46,753 nt of DNA. Origin: Acidobacteriota bacterium. GTDB taxonomy: Bacteria; Acidobacteriota; Vicinamibacteria; Vicinamibacterales; SCN-69-37. Made by a program: the position numbers and the translations under genes. The stretch is taken from NCBI GenBank assembly GCA_024640135.1, contig JAHEFO010000005.1, positions 1 through 46,753 on the forward strand. The letters run 5' to 3'. Below, piece after piece: positions 8,906-19,145 of this stretch (within the stretch, counting starts at the first letter, position 1; every line of letters begins with the position of its first letter). The notes beneath the pieces were generated by a model. It made no database searches, was not told the DNA's origin, and saw only the letters and a list, made by a program, of their open reading frames with translations.

Positions 8906-9541
8906 CTACTTGTGGATCGTATCAGAGAGATCAAAGAGCGACGGCGGCCGAAAGGTGCGGCGATGCGCCTCAGAGTATCCCCACCGATCCAGGGCGGCCA
9001 GATGATCCTGGGTGGCGTACCCCTTGTGGCGGTCGAATCCGTACCGGGGGTCACGCGCATGCAGTTCGCGCATCAGGCGGTCACGGTGCACCTTCGCGAC
9101 AATCGAGGCGGCCGCGATGGCGCTGACCCGCCGATCACCACCGACCAGCGATCGCTGCGCCAGGACCAGTTGAGGAATGGGAAACCCGTCGACGAACACC
9201 AGTCCCGGCAGCGGCACCAGCGCCATCACCGCCTGGTGCATCGCGTGCAACGAGGCCTGATGGATATTGAGTCGATCGATTTCCGCGGCGGACACCACTT
9301 CGACGGTCCAGGCCACGGCGGCGGCGGTGATCTCAGCCGAGAGGCGCTCACGCGTCTGGGCCGACAACAGCTTGGAGTCAGCCACTCCCGGCACATGGCG
9401 ATCGGGGTGCAGGATCACGGCTGCCGCCACGACGGGCCCGGCCAGACAGCCGCGTCCCACTTCATCGACCCCGGCCACATGGACCACGCCCAGACGCCGC
9501 GCGGCGTTCTCCAGTGCGCGCGATGCCCGGGCTTTCGCCAT
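8906..9541 (-). CDS. rnhB: Ribonuclease HII
   Basis: AGVDEVGRGCLAGPV, DSKLL, IAAASIVAKV, HKGY, HRRTF. Confidence 0.95.
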   Translation of the reverse strand: MAKARASRALENAARRLGVVHVAGVDEVGRGCLAGPVVAAAVILHPDRHVPGVADSKLLSAQTRERLSAEITAAAVAWTVEVVSAAEIDRLNIHQASLHAMHQAVMALVPLPGLVFVDGFPIPQLVLAQRSLVGGDRRVSAIAAASIVAKVHRDRLMRELHARDPRYGFDRHKGYATQDHLAALDRWGYSEAHRRTFRPPSLFDLSDTIHK

Positions 9542-9557
9542 CTCGGCCTTCGCGGGC

Positions 9558-9905
9558 CTACTTCGTGTGCCGCTTTTCCTTCATGCGAGCGGCCTTCCCG
9601 CGCAGTTCGCGCAGGAAGTACAGCTTCGCCCGGCGGACCTTCGCGCTGCGGATGACCTCGATCTTGGCGACCGTGGGCGAGTGCAAGGGGAAGATTCGTT
9701 CGACGCCCTGGCCAAACGACACCTTACGCACGGTGAATGACGCCCGCGACCCGCCGCGATGCATCCCAATCACCATGCCCTCGAAGATCTGGATTCGTTC
9801 CTTCTCCCCCTCGCGCACCTTGACGTGCACGCGCACGGTGTCGCCCGACCGCATCTCCGGCCGGTCCACCAAATGGGGACGTTCGATCATCTCTAACGCA
9901 TTCAT
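9558..9905 (-). CDS. rplS: 50S ribosomal protein L19
   Basis: [44 protein letters not shown]. Confidence 0.98.
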   Translation of the reverse strand: MNALEMIERPHLVDRPEMRSGDTVRVHVKVREGEKERIQIFEGMVIGMHRGGSRASFTVRKVSFGQGVERIFPLHSPTVAKIEVIRSAKVRRAKLYFLRELRGKAARMKEKRHTK

Positions 9906-10663
9906 GAGCTGTGCTCCCTTGCCTTGTCCAACACTTGTGCCAGCGCGTCGCGTTCATCCGCGGACAACGCCGCCGCTTCCACCTTCTCAAGCAGGTCCGG
10001 GCGCCGCGCCCGGGTTCGCGCCACTCGTTGCCGCGCCCGCCATTCCTCAATCGCGCCGTGATTCCCACTCAACAGGACATCCGGCGCTGCCAGTCCCCTG
10101 AAGACGGCCGGTCGCGTGTAGTGCGGGTGATCAAGCAACCCGCGCACAAACGAATCCTGCTCGACTGACGATTCGTCTCCCACCACACCGGGAACCAACC
10201 TGACCACCGCGTCCACCAGCACCAGTGCCGGCAGTTCACCGCCCGTCACCACGTAGTCCCCAATCGAAATCTCGTCGGTGACCAGTGTTTCGGTCACCCG
10301 CTCGTCAATGCCTTCGTACCGCCCGCACAACACCACAAGGCGCGACATCCGGCTGAACCGCAGCGCCTCGGCGTGGGACAACGCCCGTCCCTGCGGCGTC
10401 ATCAACACCACCGCGTCTGCCTGGCCGCGCTCGGCCGCGATGCCCTCCACGGCCGCAAACAACGGCTCGGGCTTGAGCACCATTCCCGGACCACCGCCAA
10501 ACGGCATGTCGTCGACGACCCGGTGTCTGTCCGACGTGTAGTCGCGCAGGTCTCGCGCCTTCACGTCCACCAACCCCCGGCTGCAGGCTCGCCCCACCAC
10601 GCCTTCGGACAGCACCGCGTCGATCACCGCGGGAAAGATCGTCACGACATCAATCGTCGTCAT
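9902..10663 (-). CDS. trmD: tRNA (guanine-N1)-methyltransferase
   Basis: [39 protein letters not shown]; start ATG 10663. Confidence 0.97.
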   Translation of the reverse strand: MTTIDVVTIFPAVIDAVLSEGVVGRACSRGLVDVKARDLRDYTSDRHRVVDDMPFGGGPGMVLKPEPLFAAVEGIAAERGQADAVVLMTPQGRALSHAEALRFSRMSRLVVLCGRYEGIDERVTETLVTDEISIGDYVVTGGELPALVLVDAVVRLVPGVVGDESSVEQDSFVRGLLDHPHYTRPAVFRGLAAPDVLLSGNHGAIEEWRARQRVARTRARRPDLLEKVEAAALSADERDALAQVLDKAREHSS

Positions 10664-11226
10664 CGCGCTTCCCCCACCCCGTCGTCCCCGGCCGCGGGAG
10701 CCGGCAGATTCACCTCCAGCAGGCCCTCCGGCGGATCCACCACGATGCGCTTGCCCGCCACATCGATCACCGGGCACATCGCCTTGACCAGCGGCACCAG
10801 CACCTCGGCGCCATCCCGATCGATGCTCAACAACGCGCCGCCGGCGCCTGTATACACCGCCTGCACACGCCCGACATCGACTCCGGCACTGGTCCGCACC
10901 TCGCAGCCCACGAGGTCGTACAAGTAATACTCGTCTGCTCCCAGCGGCATTCGCGCATCTTCCGGGATGCGCAGTTCAGCGTCGCGCAACTCCTCGGCGC
11001 TCTCGACGGACGTCACGCCCTCGAACGCCACCACCCACCGGTCCGCCCGAACATGGCTCTCGGCGATCGTCAGTGCCCCAGGGCCTTCCCCGATGGACCG
11101 CCACACCTTCGCGCCCACGGCAAAACGCTCGGCACCGAAATCCGTTTCGGGCGCAATGACCACCTGCCCGCGCAGGCCATGTGGGCGCACGACCCGGCCG
11201 ACCACTACCATCGATGCCCACTCCAC
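10660..11226 (-). CDS. rimM: Ribosome maturation factor RimM
   Basis: [24 protein letters not shown]-barrel-like C-terminus; GTG 11226 preceded by GGGGGA; canonical synteny. Confidence 0.92.
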   Translation of the reverse strand: MEWASMVVVGRVVRPHGLRGQVVIAPETDFGAERFAVGAKVWRSIGEGPGALTIAESHVRADRWVVAFEGVTSVESAEELRDAELRIPEDARMPLGADEYYLYDLVGCEVRTSAGVDVGRVQAVYTGAGGALLSIDRDGAEVLVPLVKAMCPVIDVAGKRIVVDPPEGLLEVNLPAPAAGDDGVGEAR

Positions 11227-11269
11227 GACCGGTCCCCCCAGTCTCGCCTGCGCCGCTCCCTCGGAGCCG

Positions 11270-11512
11270 CTAGTCGTCGCGGAAATCCACGCTGACACGC
11301 AGCCCGTCGAGTTCGGCGGCGGCGGCGGCCAGCGTACGGACCGCCGAGGCGGTGCGTCCCTGCCGGCCGATGACGCGGCCCAGATCCCCGGGCGCCATCG
11401 TCAATTCCACGATGGTCAGGTCGCGTCGCTCGAATTCCACCACCTCGACCTCGTCGGGATGGCTCGCCAACGCGCGGGCCACCACGTCAACGACGTCGCC
11501 CGCCCGGCTCAC
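11270..11512 (-). CDS. khpA: KH-domain RNA-binding protein
   Basis: DLGRVIGRQGRTASAVRT; GTGA overlap with the rpsP stop. Confidence 0.9.
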   Translation of the reverse strand: MSRAGDVVDVVARALASHPDEVEVVEFERRDLTIVELTMAPGDLGRVIGRQGRTASAVRTLAAAAAELDGLRVSVDFRDD

Positions 11513-11784
11513 GACGTGGCCGCGGCGTCGTCGGCCACCGGCGCCACCGGTTCCGGCGCGCGGTCCACCAGCGTGCGCAGCGTGTCGGACGGCGTGGCAC
11601 CGCTCTTCACCCAATGCGCGTACCGGTCGCGATCGATGACCAGGGTTTCCGGCTTTGTGCGCGGGTTGTAGTGCCCGAGAATCTCGATGAACCGGCCATC
11701 ACGTGCCGATGCCGACTCAGTCACCACAATGCGGAAAAAGGCCCGATTCTTCGACCCCGCCCGCCGCATACGAATCACTACCAT
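11509..11784 (-). CDS. rpsP: 30S ribosomal protein S16
   Basis: MVVIRMRRAGSK, RDGRFIEILGHYNP, GATPSDT. Confidence 0.97.
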   Translation of the reverse strand: MVVIRMRRAGSKNRAFFRIVVTESASARDGRFIEILGHYNPRTKPETLVIDRDRYAHWVKSGATPSDTLRTLVDRAPEPVAPVADDAAATS

Positions 11785-11793
11785 GCTGTCTCC

Positions 11794-13167
11794 TTAAACC
11801 TGCCTGCCGCCCAACATTCCCATCAGGCGCCGTTTGCCCTTGCGTCCGCCACCTGCGCCACTCATCGCCTTCAGCATCTTGCGCATGTCGACGAATTGCT
11901 TGAGCAGCCGATTGACGTCTTCCACCTTCGTCCCGCTGCCGCGCGCGATGCGCTTGCGGCGGCTGCCATTCAGCAGTTGATGATTCCGTCGTTCCTCGAT
12001 CGTCATCGAACTGATGATCGCCTGCACCCGCTCCACCTGCCCGTCGTCCACCTGAGCGCGCTGTGCGTTCAGGTCCTTCATCGCGCCCATGCCGGGAATC
12101 ATCCCCAGCACCTGGTCCAGCGGCCCCATCTTCTTGATGGTCCGAAGCTGGTCCGCAAAGTCGTCCAGCGTGAAGTCGTCGAGCCGCGTCTTCTTCTCGA
12201 GCTTCTCGCGGCTCTCCTGGTCGAGCGCGCCTTCCGCGCGTTCGATCAGGGTCAGGATGTCGCCCATCCCCAGCAACCGCGACACCAACCGGTCCGCGTG
12301 GAACGGTTCGAAGTCCTGCGGGCGCTCCCCCACACCGACAAACGCGATCGGCACCCCGACCACACCCACCACCGACAACGCCGCCCCGCCCCGGGAGTCC
12401 CCGTCGAGCTTCGTCAGGACCACGCCCGAGACACCGGCGCCGGACGCACTCATGCGCGCGTGAAACTCACCCGCGCTGCGAATCGCATCCTGACCGGTCA
12501 TCGCATCGGCGACATACAACCGGTCCGTCGGCTCCACCGCCCCTGCGATGGCATCCAACTCCGTCATCAGCTCGTCGTCGATGTGCAACCGCCCCGCGGT
12601 ATCAACGATGAGCGTGTCAAACCCCAACTGCCTGGTCGCCGCCAGCGCGCCCGACGCGCGCGCAACCGGGTCCAGTTCTCCCTCCGGGTCGTGCACCCGC
12701 ACGCCCACCTGCCCGGCCAGCACCGATAACTGCTCGATGGCGGCCGGCCGCCGCACGTCAGTCGACACCAACATCGGATGCCGTCCCTGCTGCACCAGCC
12801 AGCGCGCCAGCTTCGCCGAGGTCGTCGTCTTTCCGGACCCCTGCAGCCCAAGCATCAGGACGACTCGCGGCTTCCGCGCCCCTTCTGTCAGCCCTCCGGT
12901 GACATCACCGAAAAGCGCCAGCATCTCGTCGCGGACGATCCGCACGACCTGTTGCGCCGGCGTCAGGCTGCGGAGGACATCGTCGCCCACGGCCTTGACG
13001 CGCACGCGGTCGATGAACGCCTTGACCACCCGAAAGTTGACATCCGCCTCAAGCAGCGCGAGACGAATCTCCCGCAGGGCGGCATCAACACTGGCCTCGC
13101 TCAGGCGCGACTCGCCTCGAAGCGACCGAAAAACGTCCTGCAGACGCGTACTGAGCGTATCCAACAT
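11794..13167 (-). CDS. ffh: Signal recognition particle protein
   Basis: GLQGSGKTT, DTAGR, TKLDGDSRGG, M domain RRKRIARGSG; start ATG 13167. Confidence 0.97.
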   Translation of the reverse strand: MLDTLSTRLQDVFRSLRGESRLSEASVDAALREIRLALLEADVNFRVVKAFIDRVRVKAVGDDVLRSLTPAQQVVRIVRDEMLALFGDVTGGLTEGARKPRVVLMLGLQGSGKTTTSAKLARWLVQQGRHPMLVSTDVRRPAAIEQLSVLAGQVGVRVHDPEGELDPVARASGALAATRQLGFDTLIVDTAGRLHIDDELMTELDAIAGAVEPTDRLYVADAMTGQDAIRSAGEFHARMSASGAGVSGVVLTKLDGDSRGGAALSVVGVVGVPIAFVGVGERPQDFEPFHADRLVSRLLGMGDILTLIERAEGALDQESREKLEKKTRLDDFTLDDFADQLRTIKKMGPLDQVLGMIPGMGAMKDLNAQRAQVDDGQVERVQAIISSMTIEERRNHQLLNGSRRKRIARGSGTKVEDVNRLLKQFVDMRKMLKAMSGAGGGRKGKRRLMGMLGGRQV

Positions 13168-13273
13168 ACCGTTCAACCACACTCAGCCCGATGCCCCGCG
13201 GGGCACCGGTCCGTCACCAGTGCTTACCGTGGCGCTAACCGGTTCAAGCGCAATCAGTTATGTTACGCCGAAG

Positions 13274-13301
13274 ACCTGGGAATCTGCAATCTGGAATCTG
13301 A
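13274..13301 (-). repeat. Heptamer tandem repeat, same unit as at 7321
   Basis: Reverse strand reads tcagatt-ccagatt-gcagatt-cccaggt; the first 14 nt are identical to 7321-7334. Confidence 0.6.
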
Positions 13302-13338
13302 GCCCGGCCAGGGTGCCACAAATCAGGAAATCGGACGG

Positions 13339-14196
13339 TCAGTTCTTGATGATGGTGCCGACCGAGACGTTGAATTGCCGGAAATTCTCGTAGAAGGCCC
13401 GGCCGGTGATGAGCGGCTGGCGGGGAGTCGAGTACCGCTCGTTCATGAGGACAGGCAGCCAGAGCTTCAGCTTCGGCTGTTCGGTGTATCCCACCGAAAT
13501 CAGCGCGGTTGTCGCACCGGTGCTCAGCCTCAGCTCCGTCCTGACCACACGCCCGGTGGCCTCATCAATCCAGAACCTGCCCCGCGCCGCGGCCCCATCA
13601 GGAGTCTGAATCAGCCTGGGCACCGCGCGCTCCTGGAAGCGGATTTCGCGGGCCTCGATCCCGACGGCCACCTCGGTCGATCCTCCCCGTGTGAATTCTG
13701 ACCGATGCTGCTCTGACGTCTTGCCGAACTGCAGCACCATGGTGGGAACGTTGATGTTCCGTGTGACCCAGCCCAGATTCATCCGCGCGCTCGCCTCGAC
13801 GATCTTCCTGACCTGGTCGGCGCTGTCGCCCGTGGGTTTGAGAAACAAGTCGACGAGCCGATCATTCCGATCGCGGACCTCCCGGCCGTCCACCTCGAAG
13901 ACATCGCGAAAGGCCACCCAGCCCAGGTCGCCGGCCTTGGCCAGGAGGAGGTCCGACCGCAAAGCTCTTTTTTGTCCATCCAACCCGGCGGACGCCGCGA
14001 CTTCCTGCTCGTACCGCTCCTCGGACACCACCGCCGCCAGGTCACGTTCGTACTTGTCGACGTAGCTTCCCAGCCGCTCCAGCAGGGCTTCGATAGACGT
14101 GTCCAGTTTCTGCTGGCTCTCCGGGGCGTCCTGCGCGGACAACACCAGGCCGGCGCTGACCAAACCGCACACAATCACGCTGACAATCTTTCGCAT
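13339..14196 (-). CDS. Exported hypothetical protein
   Basis: Signal peptide MRKIVSVIVCGLVSAGLVLSA; beta-rich body (GRFWIDEATGRVVRTEL, YENFRQFNV). Confidence 0.75.
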   Translation of the reverse strand: MRKIVSVIVCGLVSAGLVLSAQDAPESQQKLDTSIEALLERLGSYVDKYERDLAAVVSEERYEQEVAASAGLDGQKRALRSDLLLAKAGDLGWVAFRDVFEVDGREVRDRNDRLVDLFLKPTGDSADQVRKIVEASARMNLGWVTRNINVPTMVLQFGKTSEQHRSEFTRGGSTEVAVGIEAREIRFQERAVPRLIQTPDGAAARGRFWIDEATGRVVRTELRLSTGATTALISVGYTEQPKLKLWLPVLMNERYSTPRQPLITGRAFYENFRQFNVSVGTIIKN

Positions 14197-14206
14197 CGCA
14201 GAATCA

Positions 14207-15451
14207 CTAGACCGACGTCAGTTTGTGCCCCAGCTTGTCTTTCTTGGTCTTCATGTAGCGCCGCGTGAACTCGGTCGCGGCGATTTCGAGCGGCACGGAC
14301 TCAACCACTGAGAGCCCATACCCTTCCAGGCCCACGAACTTCCGCGGATTGTTCGTCAGCAGGCGCATGGTCCGGACACCGAGGTCACGAAGAATCTGCG
14401 CTCCGATCCCGTAATCGCGCTGGTCCGGCTTGAAGCCCAGACTCTCGTTCGCTTCCACGGTATCGAGTCCTTGATCCTGCAACTCGTACGCACGAATCTT
14501 GTTCGCCAGCCCGATGCCCCGGCCCTCCTGATTCAAGTAGAGCAACACCCCCTGCCCTTCAGCCGCGATCAAGGCCATCGCTCGATCGAGCTGCAGGCCG
14601 CAATCGCAGCGCGATGAATGGAACACGTCCCCGGTCAGGCACCTCGAATGCACCCGCACCAGAATCCGTTCGCCCGCGCCCAACTCTCCGCACACAAGAG
14701 CCACGTGCGTCTCGCCATCCAGCCCTGACTCATAGGCATAGACGTCGAATGGACCGTGAACGGTCGGCAGCGCAGCACTCGCCACCCGCTTCACCAGGCT
14801 CTCGGTGCGCATGCGGTACCGGATCAAGTCTGCAATGGTGATCATCAGCAGCTTGTGCTTGCGCGCGAACCTCGTCAACTCCGGCACCCGCGCCATCGTG
14901 CCGTCCTCGTTCATGATTTCGCAGATGACCCCGGCCGGCTCCAGGCCTGCCATGCGGGCCAGGTCCACCGCAGCTTCCGTGTGGCCCGCCCGGACGAGTA
15001 CGCCGCCGGGACGCGCCCGCAGCGGGAACACATGGCCAGGACGCGCGAGATCCTTCGGGGTCGTGCTCCCCGCGATCGCCACCTGCACCGTCCGCGCGCG
15101 GTCTGCCGCCGACACCCCGGTCGAGGTCCCAACCCGCGCATCGACCGACACACAAAAGGCGGTCTCACGCCGCGACGAATTGTCGCTGACTTCGAGCGGC
15201 ACCTCGAGTTCGGCCAACCGCTCGGGCGTCAACGGCAAACACACCAGACCGCGCCCGTGCTTGACCATGAAATTGATGGCGTCCGGCGTCACCTTCGACG
15301 CGGCCATCGTCAGGTCTCCCTCGTTCTCCCGGTGCTCGTCGTCGACGACGACCAGCATCTGTCCGGCCCGAAATGCCTCGACCGCCGCCTCTACCGGCGC
15401 AAACGGTGAGGCTTTGCGCCCCTTGGCCAGACGAAGATCAGGTTTCTTCAC
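14207..15451 (-). CDS. ribBA: Bifunctional DHBP synthase / GTP cyclohydrolase II
   Basis: DDEHRENEGD, RAGHTEA, VRVHSRCLTGDVFHSSRCDCG, QEGRGIGL; GTG 15451 with GAGGA upstream. Confidence 0.96.
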   Translation of the reverse strand: MKKPDLRLAKGRKASPFAPVEAAVEAFRAGQMLVVVDDEHRENEGDLTMAASKVTPDAINFMVKHGRGLVCLPLTPERLAELEVPLEVSDNSSRRETAFCVSVDARVGTSTGVSAADRARTVQVAIAGSTTPKDLARPGHVFPLRARPGGVLVRAGHTEAAVDLARMAGLEPAGVICEIMNEDGTMARVPELTRFARKHKLLMITIADLIRYRMRTESLVKRVASAALPTVHGPFDVYAYESGLDGETHVALVCGELGAGERILVRVHSRCLTGDVFHSSRCDCGLQLDRAMALIAAEGQGVLLYLNQEGRGIGLANKIRAYELQDQGLDTVEANESLGFKPDQRDYGIGAQILRDLGVRTMRLLTNNPRKFVGLEGYGLSVVESVPLEIAATEFTRRYMKTKKDKLGHKLTSV

Positions 15452-16070
15452 TCGTTCCTCCCGGCCACGACGGCCCGCCCGGCTGCTGTAACGACATGAT
15501 CCGGGCCACGTATTTTCCCAACACGTCGGTTTCGACGTTGACCGACATCCCTGGAGCCCCATCAGAGAGAGCGGTGTGCGCCCAGGTATGGGGAATGATT
15601 TGGACGGCGAACATGCGCGCCTCCAGGGCCGCCACAGTCAAGCTGATGCCGTCCACGCTGATCGACCCCCGGGGAATCACCCAGGCCTGAAGCTCATCCG
15701 GCAACCGGAACTCCACCCAATAGGACCCGGCGTCCGAACGCAGCGCCGTCACCTCCGTGACCGCGTCAACATGGCCCAGGACGAAATGCCCCCCGAGCCG
15801 ATCGTCAGCACGCAGCGGGCGCTCCAGGTTCACACGCCGTCCCGGCACCCATGCACCGAGGGTCGTCACCCGCAGGGTTGCCGGAGAGACATCGGTCGCA
15901 AAGGACGAGGCAGAGCGCGCGACGACCGTCAGGCACACACCGTTGACCGCAATGCTGTCGCCCAGCGCCAGTTCCGCGGCCAGCGGGGTGTCGATGGCGA
16001 TCCGATGTCCGTCATCGACTCCGTCGATTGTCGCGACCCTGCCAACGGCTTCGATCAATCCCGTAAACAT
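15438..16070 (-). CDS. ribE: Riboflavin synthase (alpha chain)
   Basis: MFTGLIE N-terminus, GVCLTV, GGHFVLGHVD, GISLTV, NVETDVLGKY. Confidence 0.95.
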   Translation of the reverse strand: MFTGLIEAVGRVATIDGVDDGHRIAIDTPLAAELALGDSIAVNGVCLTVVARSASSFATDVSPATLRVTTLGAWVPGRRVNLERPLRADDRLGGHFVLGHVDAVTEVTALRSDAGSYWVEFRLPDELQAWVIPRGSISVDGISLTVAALEARMFAVQIIPHTWAHTALSDGAPGMSVNVETDVLGKYVARIMSLQQPGGPSWPGGTSEET

Positions 16071-17170
16071 CAGGGTTGTCTTCCTTCCACGGACTCCCAC
16101 GGCCCTTCGATCAGCCAGTCGTCTCCCAGCGGCTGCCGGCTCTCATCCGGCATGCCGGCGCACCACCTTCGCACACCAGCCGCCATCGGCACACCCTCAC
16201 CCAACTCTGCCGACGCCATCAGCCACTGAAGGTGATCCACCAGTCCGGCATCAAGCCAGGCTTGCTGGAGCGAGGGGCCGCCTTCCAGAAGGACCGACTG
16301 CACCCCTGCCGAGGCAAGGCCGCGCGCGACCACGCCCAGATCGCGCGAAGACTGGAGATCCAAGTGTATCCCCCGCGCCCGCATCGCCTCGAACCTGGCC
16401 GGATCAGCCTGGACGGTTGAGTCCAGCACCACCATTATGACGGGACCGGCGGACAGGGTCGACCAGACGCGGGCCCCGGGCGGCGTACGGCCCCGCCAGT
16501 CCACAATGACTCTGGTGAGCGGTCGGGCACGCACCGGGCCGCGGGCGGTCAGAACGGGGTCGTCGACAATCAGGGTCTGCGCACCCACGACCAGGGCATC
16601 GATCCAGGCCCGCTGTCGCTGCATCCAGCGATCGGCCACCGGACTCGACAGTTTCGTCCGCTCTCCTCGTCGCCCAACGAACCCATCAGCGGAGGTCACG
16701 GTCTTGAGCACCGTCCAGGGGCGATTGGCCCGAATCCACGTCAGGAAGGGAGCGTTCTGCCGCGCTGCCTCCAGGCCGCCGACGCCCGTGTCGACTGCCA
16801 CTCCATGGGCGCGCAGCCACGCGTGGCCGCGGCCATCGACGTGTGGATTGGGATCCTGCATCGCGGTCACGACACGGCGCACGCCGGCCGCCGCAATCCG
16901 TTCAACACACGGGCCCGTGCGACCGACATGGCAACACGGCTCGAGGGTGCAATACAGCGTGGCGCCGCGCCCGTGCTCGCCGGCCGCATCAAGCGCCACA
17001 ACCTCCGCGTGCGGACCACCCGCGACCAGGTGTGCGCCCTGGCCAACCACGACGCCGCCGGGCGAGACGACCACGGCCCCCACCAGCGGGTTCGGCGCCG
17101 TGCGTCCGCGCCCGCGTTCGGCGAGCGCCAACGCCCGGGCCATCCACGCGGCATCGGTCAGCAGGGCCAT
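16070..17170 (-). CDS. ribD: Riboflavin biosynthesis deaminase/reductase
   Basis: PNPLVGAV, HAE, TLEPCCH, LLEGG. Confidence 0.95.
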   Translation of the reverse strand: MALLTDAAWMARALALAERGRGRTAPNPLVGAVVVSPGGVVVGQGAHLVAGGPHAEVVALDAAGEHGRGATLYCTLEPCCHVGRTGPCVERIAAAGVRRVVTAMQDPNPHVDGRGHAWLRAHGVAVDTGVGGLEAARQNAPFLTWIRANRPWTVLKTVTSADGFVGRRGERTKLSSPVADRWMQRQRAWIDALVVGAQTLIVDDPVLTARGPVRARPLTRVIVDWRGRTPPGARVWSTLSAGPVIMVVLDSTVQADPARFEAMRARGIHLDLQSSRDLGVVARGLASAGVQSVLLEGGPSLQQAWLDAGLVDHLQWLMASAELGEGVPMAAGVRRWCAGMPDESRQPLGDDWLIEGPWESVEGRQP

Positions 17171-17176
17171 GCGGCC

Positions 17177-18103
17177 CTACTTCGACTCTGAGAACAGTGC
17201 GTCCACATAGGCCCCGACCTCAAACGGCATGAAGTCGTCAATGCCCTCGCCTACGCCGACATACCGAATGGGAAGACCGAGCTCGTGGGCAATGGCCACC
17301 ACGATCCCGCCTTTGGCCGTGCCATCGAGCTTGGTGAGTATGATTCCGCTGGCGCCGCTCGCCTGCTGGAACTCGCGGGCCTGCACGAGTCCGTTTTGCC
17401 CGACAGTGGCGTCGAGCACCAACAGCACTTCGTGCGGCGCCCCCGGCACCTCGCGAGCGACCACGCGGCGGATCTTGTCGAGTTCCGCCATCAGGTTCGC
17501 GCGCGTGTGAAGACGGCCGGCTGTGTCCACCAACACGATGTCGCGGCCCCGCGCCTTGGCCGCCGTCACCGCATCGAACGCACTCGCAGCCGGGTCGGAT
17601 CCGGCCTGGGCCCGAACAAGATCCACTCCGGCTCGCTCGGTCCACACGGCCAGTTGCTCGACAGCCGCGGCGCGAAATGTGTCCGCGGCGCACACCAGCA
17701 CGGAGCGGCCCCCCGTCCGATACAGATTCGCCAGCTTCCCCACGGAGGTCGTCTTCCCCGTGCCATTGACGCCCACCACGACAATCACATGGGGCTTGGA
17801 GGTAATCTCCGCAGGCGCGGCCGTTTCGCTCAGAATGCGGTGGACCTCCCTGCCGACACGCGCACTGAGCGATCCCTGACGATCACGGCGGACGGCTTCC
17901 ACAATCCGCTCCGTGGCCGGCAACCCCACATCGGCGGCGATCAACGCCTCTTCGACGGACTCCAGCGTATCCAGCGCCAGCGCGGGTCTCCCGCTCCGGT
18001 TCGGTCCGGTCGCGGACGCACTGCTGTCGGCCTCGCCCAGTCGTTCGCGAATCTGCCTCGCGGTCCGCGCCAGTCCGGCCCGAAGTCGGTCCAGCATCGA
18101 CAT
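17177..18103 (-). CDS. ftsY: SRP receptor GTPase (NG domain only)
   Basis: GVNGTGKTT, DTFRAAA, DTAGRLHT, TKLDGTAKGG. Confidence 0.96.
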   Translation of the reverse strand: MSMLDRLRAGLARTARQIRERLGEADSSASATGPNRSGRPALALDTLESVEEALIAADVGLPATERIVEAVRRDRQGSLSARVGREVHRILSETAAPAEITSKPHVIVVVGVNGTGKTTSVGKLANLYRTGGRSVLVCAADTFRAAAVEQLAVWTERAGVDLVRAQAGSDPAASAFDAVTAAKARGRDIVLVDTAGRLHTRANLMAELDKIRRVVAREVPGAPHEVLLVLDATVGQNGLVQAREFQQASGASGIILTKLDGTAKGGIVVAIAHELGLPIRYVGVGEGIDDFMPFEVGAYVDALFSESK

Positions 18104-19140
18104 CAGGCCTGCCCCGATTCCTGCTCGAACCGCTGGGGGCGCAACATCAAGTCCCCCACGGCGGCCCGGGGCGTCTTGCGCCCCGCCAGCACTTCCGCCA
18201 TCTGCGCCGTGATTGGCAACTCGACACCGTGACGCGCGCCGAGCGCCAGCGCGGCCGGGGTGGTGACGACGCCCTCGGCCACCATCCGCATGCCCGCCAG
18301 AATGTCATCAAGCGCCCGCCCTCGCCCCAGCTCGATTCCAACGTGGCGATTCCGGCTGAGCGATCCGGTGCACGTCAGCACCAGGTCTCCGAGTCCACTG
18401 AGCCCCGAGGGTGTTTCCCGTTGCCCGCCGATCGCACAGGACAGTCTGGAAATCTCTGCCAACCCGCGCGTGATCAGCGCAGCCATGGCGTTGTGCCCCA
18501 GCCCCAGTGACTCAACAACGCCGGCGGCGATGGCGATAATGTTCTTCAGCGACGCCCCGATCTCGACGCCGGCAACGTCGGTCGACCTGTACACACGAAA
18601 ATGCGGCCCGCGAAATTCTGCCTGAACCGCCGCGACGGCCGCCGCGTTCGTTGACGCCGCGACCAGCGCGGTCGGCAATCGCTGCGCCACCTCCGCCGCG
18701 AAACTCGGCCCCGACAACACCACCACTGGATAGCGTCCACCGGTCTCGTCCTCGAGCACCTCCGACATGCGCTTGAGCGACTCCGCCTCGAGTCCCTTCG
18801 TGGCACTGACGAGAATTGCGCCGGCCGGCAACTGGGGCACGGCGCTCCGCAGGACCGCGCGGAGGCCGTGCGACGGCACCGCGATGATCACGTGCCGTGC
18901 GCCGTCCAGGGCCGATGCCAGCGACGCCGTCGGCCGCACCCGAGCCGGAAACGTCACATCCGGCAGGTAGGTCGGGTTCGCGCGGCGTTCCGCCATCGCG
19001 CGAAGCAGTTCGCGGTCGCGGCCCCAGAGCGCGGCCTCGTGGCCAATACTTCCGAGATGGATGGCCAGGGCCGTGCCCCAGCTTCCGGCGCCGAGCACGG
19101 CGGCCCGGTACCGGTCCTGACTGACTTCGTCCGACGACAT
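18103..19140 (-). CDS. gpsA: NAD(P)H-dependent glycerol-3-phosphate dehydrogenase
   Basis: GAGSWGTALA, SGPSFA, LKNIIAIA, GDLVLTCTGSLSRN. Confidence 0.96.
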   Translation of the reverse strand: MSSDEVSQDRYRAAVLGAGSWGTALAIHLGSIGHEAALWGRDRELLRAMAERRANPTYLPDVTFPARVRPTASLASALDGARHVIIAVPSHGLRAVLRSAVPQLPAGAILVSATKGLEAESLKRMSEVLEDETGGRYPVVVLSGPSFAAEVAQRLPTALVAASTNAAAVAAVQAEFRGPHFRVYRSTDVAGVEIGASLKNIIAIAAGVVESLGLGHNAMAALITRGLAEISRLSCAIGGQRETPSGLSGLGDLVLTCTGSLSRNRHVGIELGRGRALDDILAGMRMVAEGVVTTPAALALGARHGVELPITAQMAEVLAGRKTPRAAVGDLMLRPQRFEQESGQA

Positions 19141-19145
19141 TCCCC

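Noticed and set aside
13168-13338. Possible SRP RNA or cis-regulatory RNA upstream of ffh
   Set aside because: No SRP helix-8 signature (CAGG...GGAA...AGCAG) or convincing long stem; only the heptamer repeat and promoter-like sequence.
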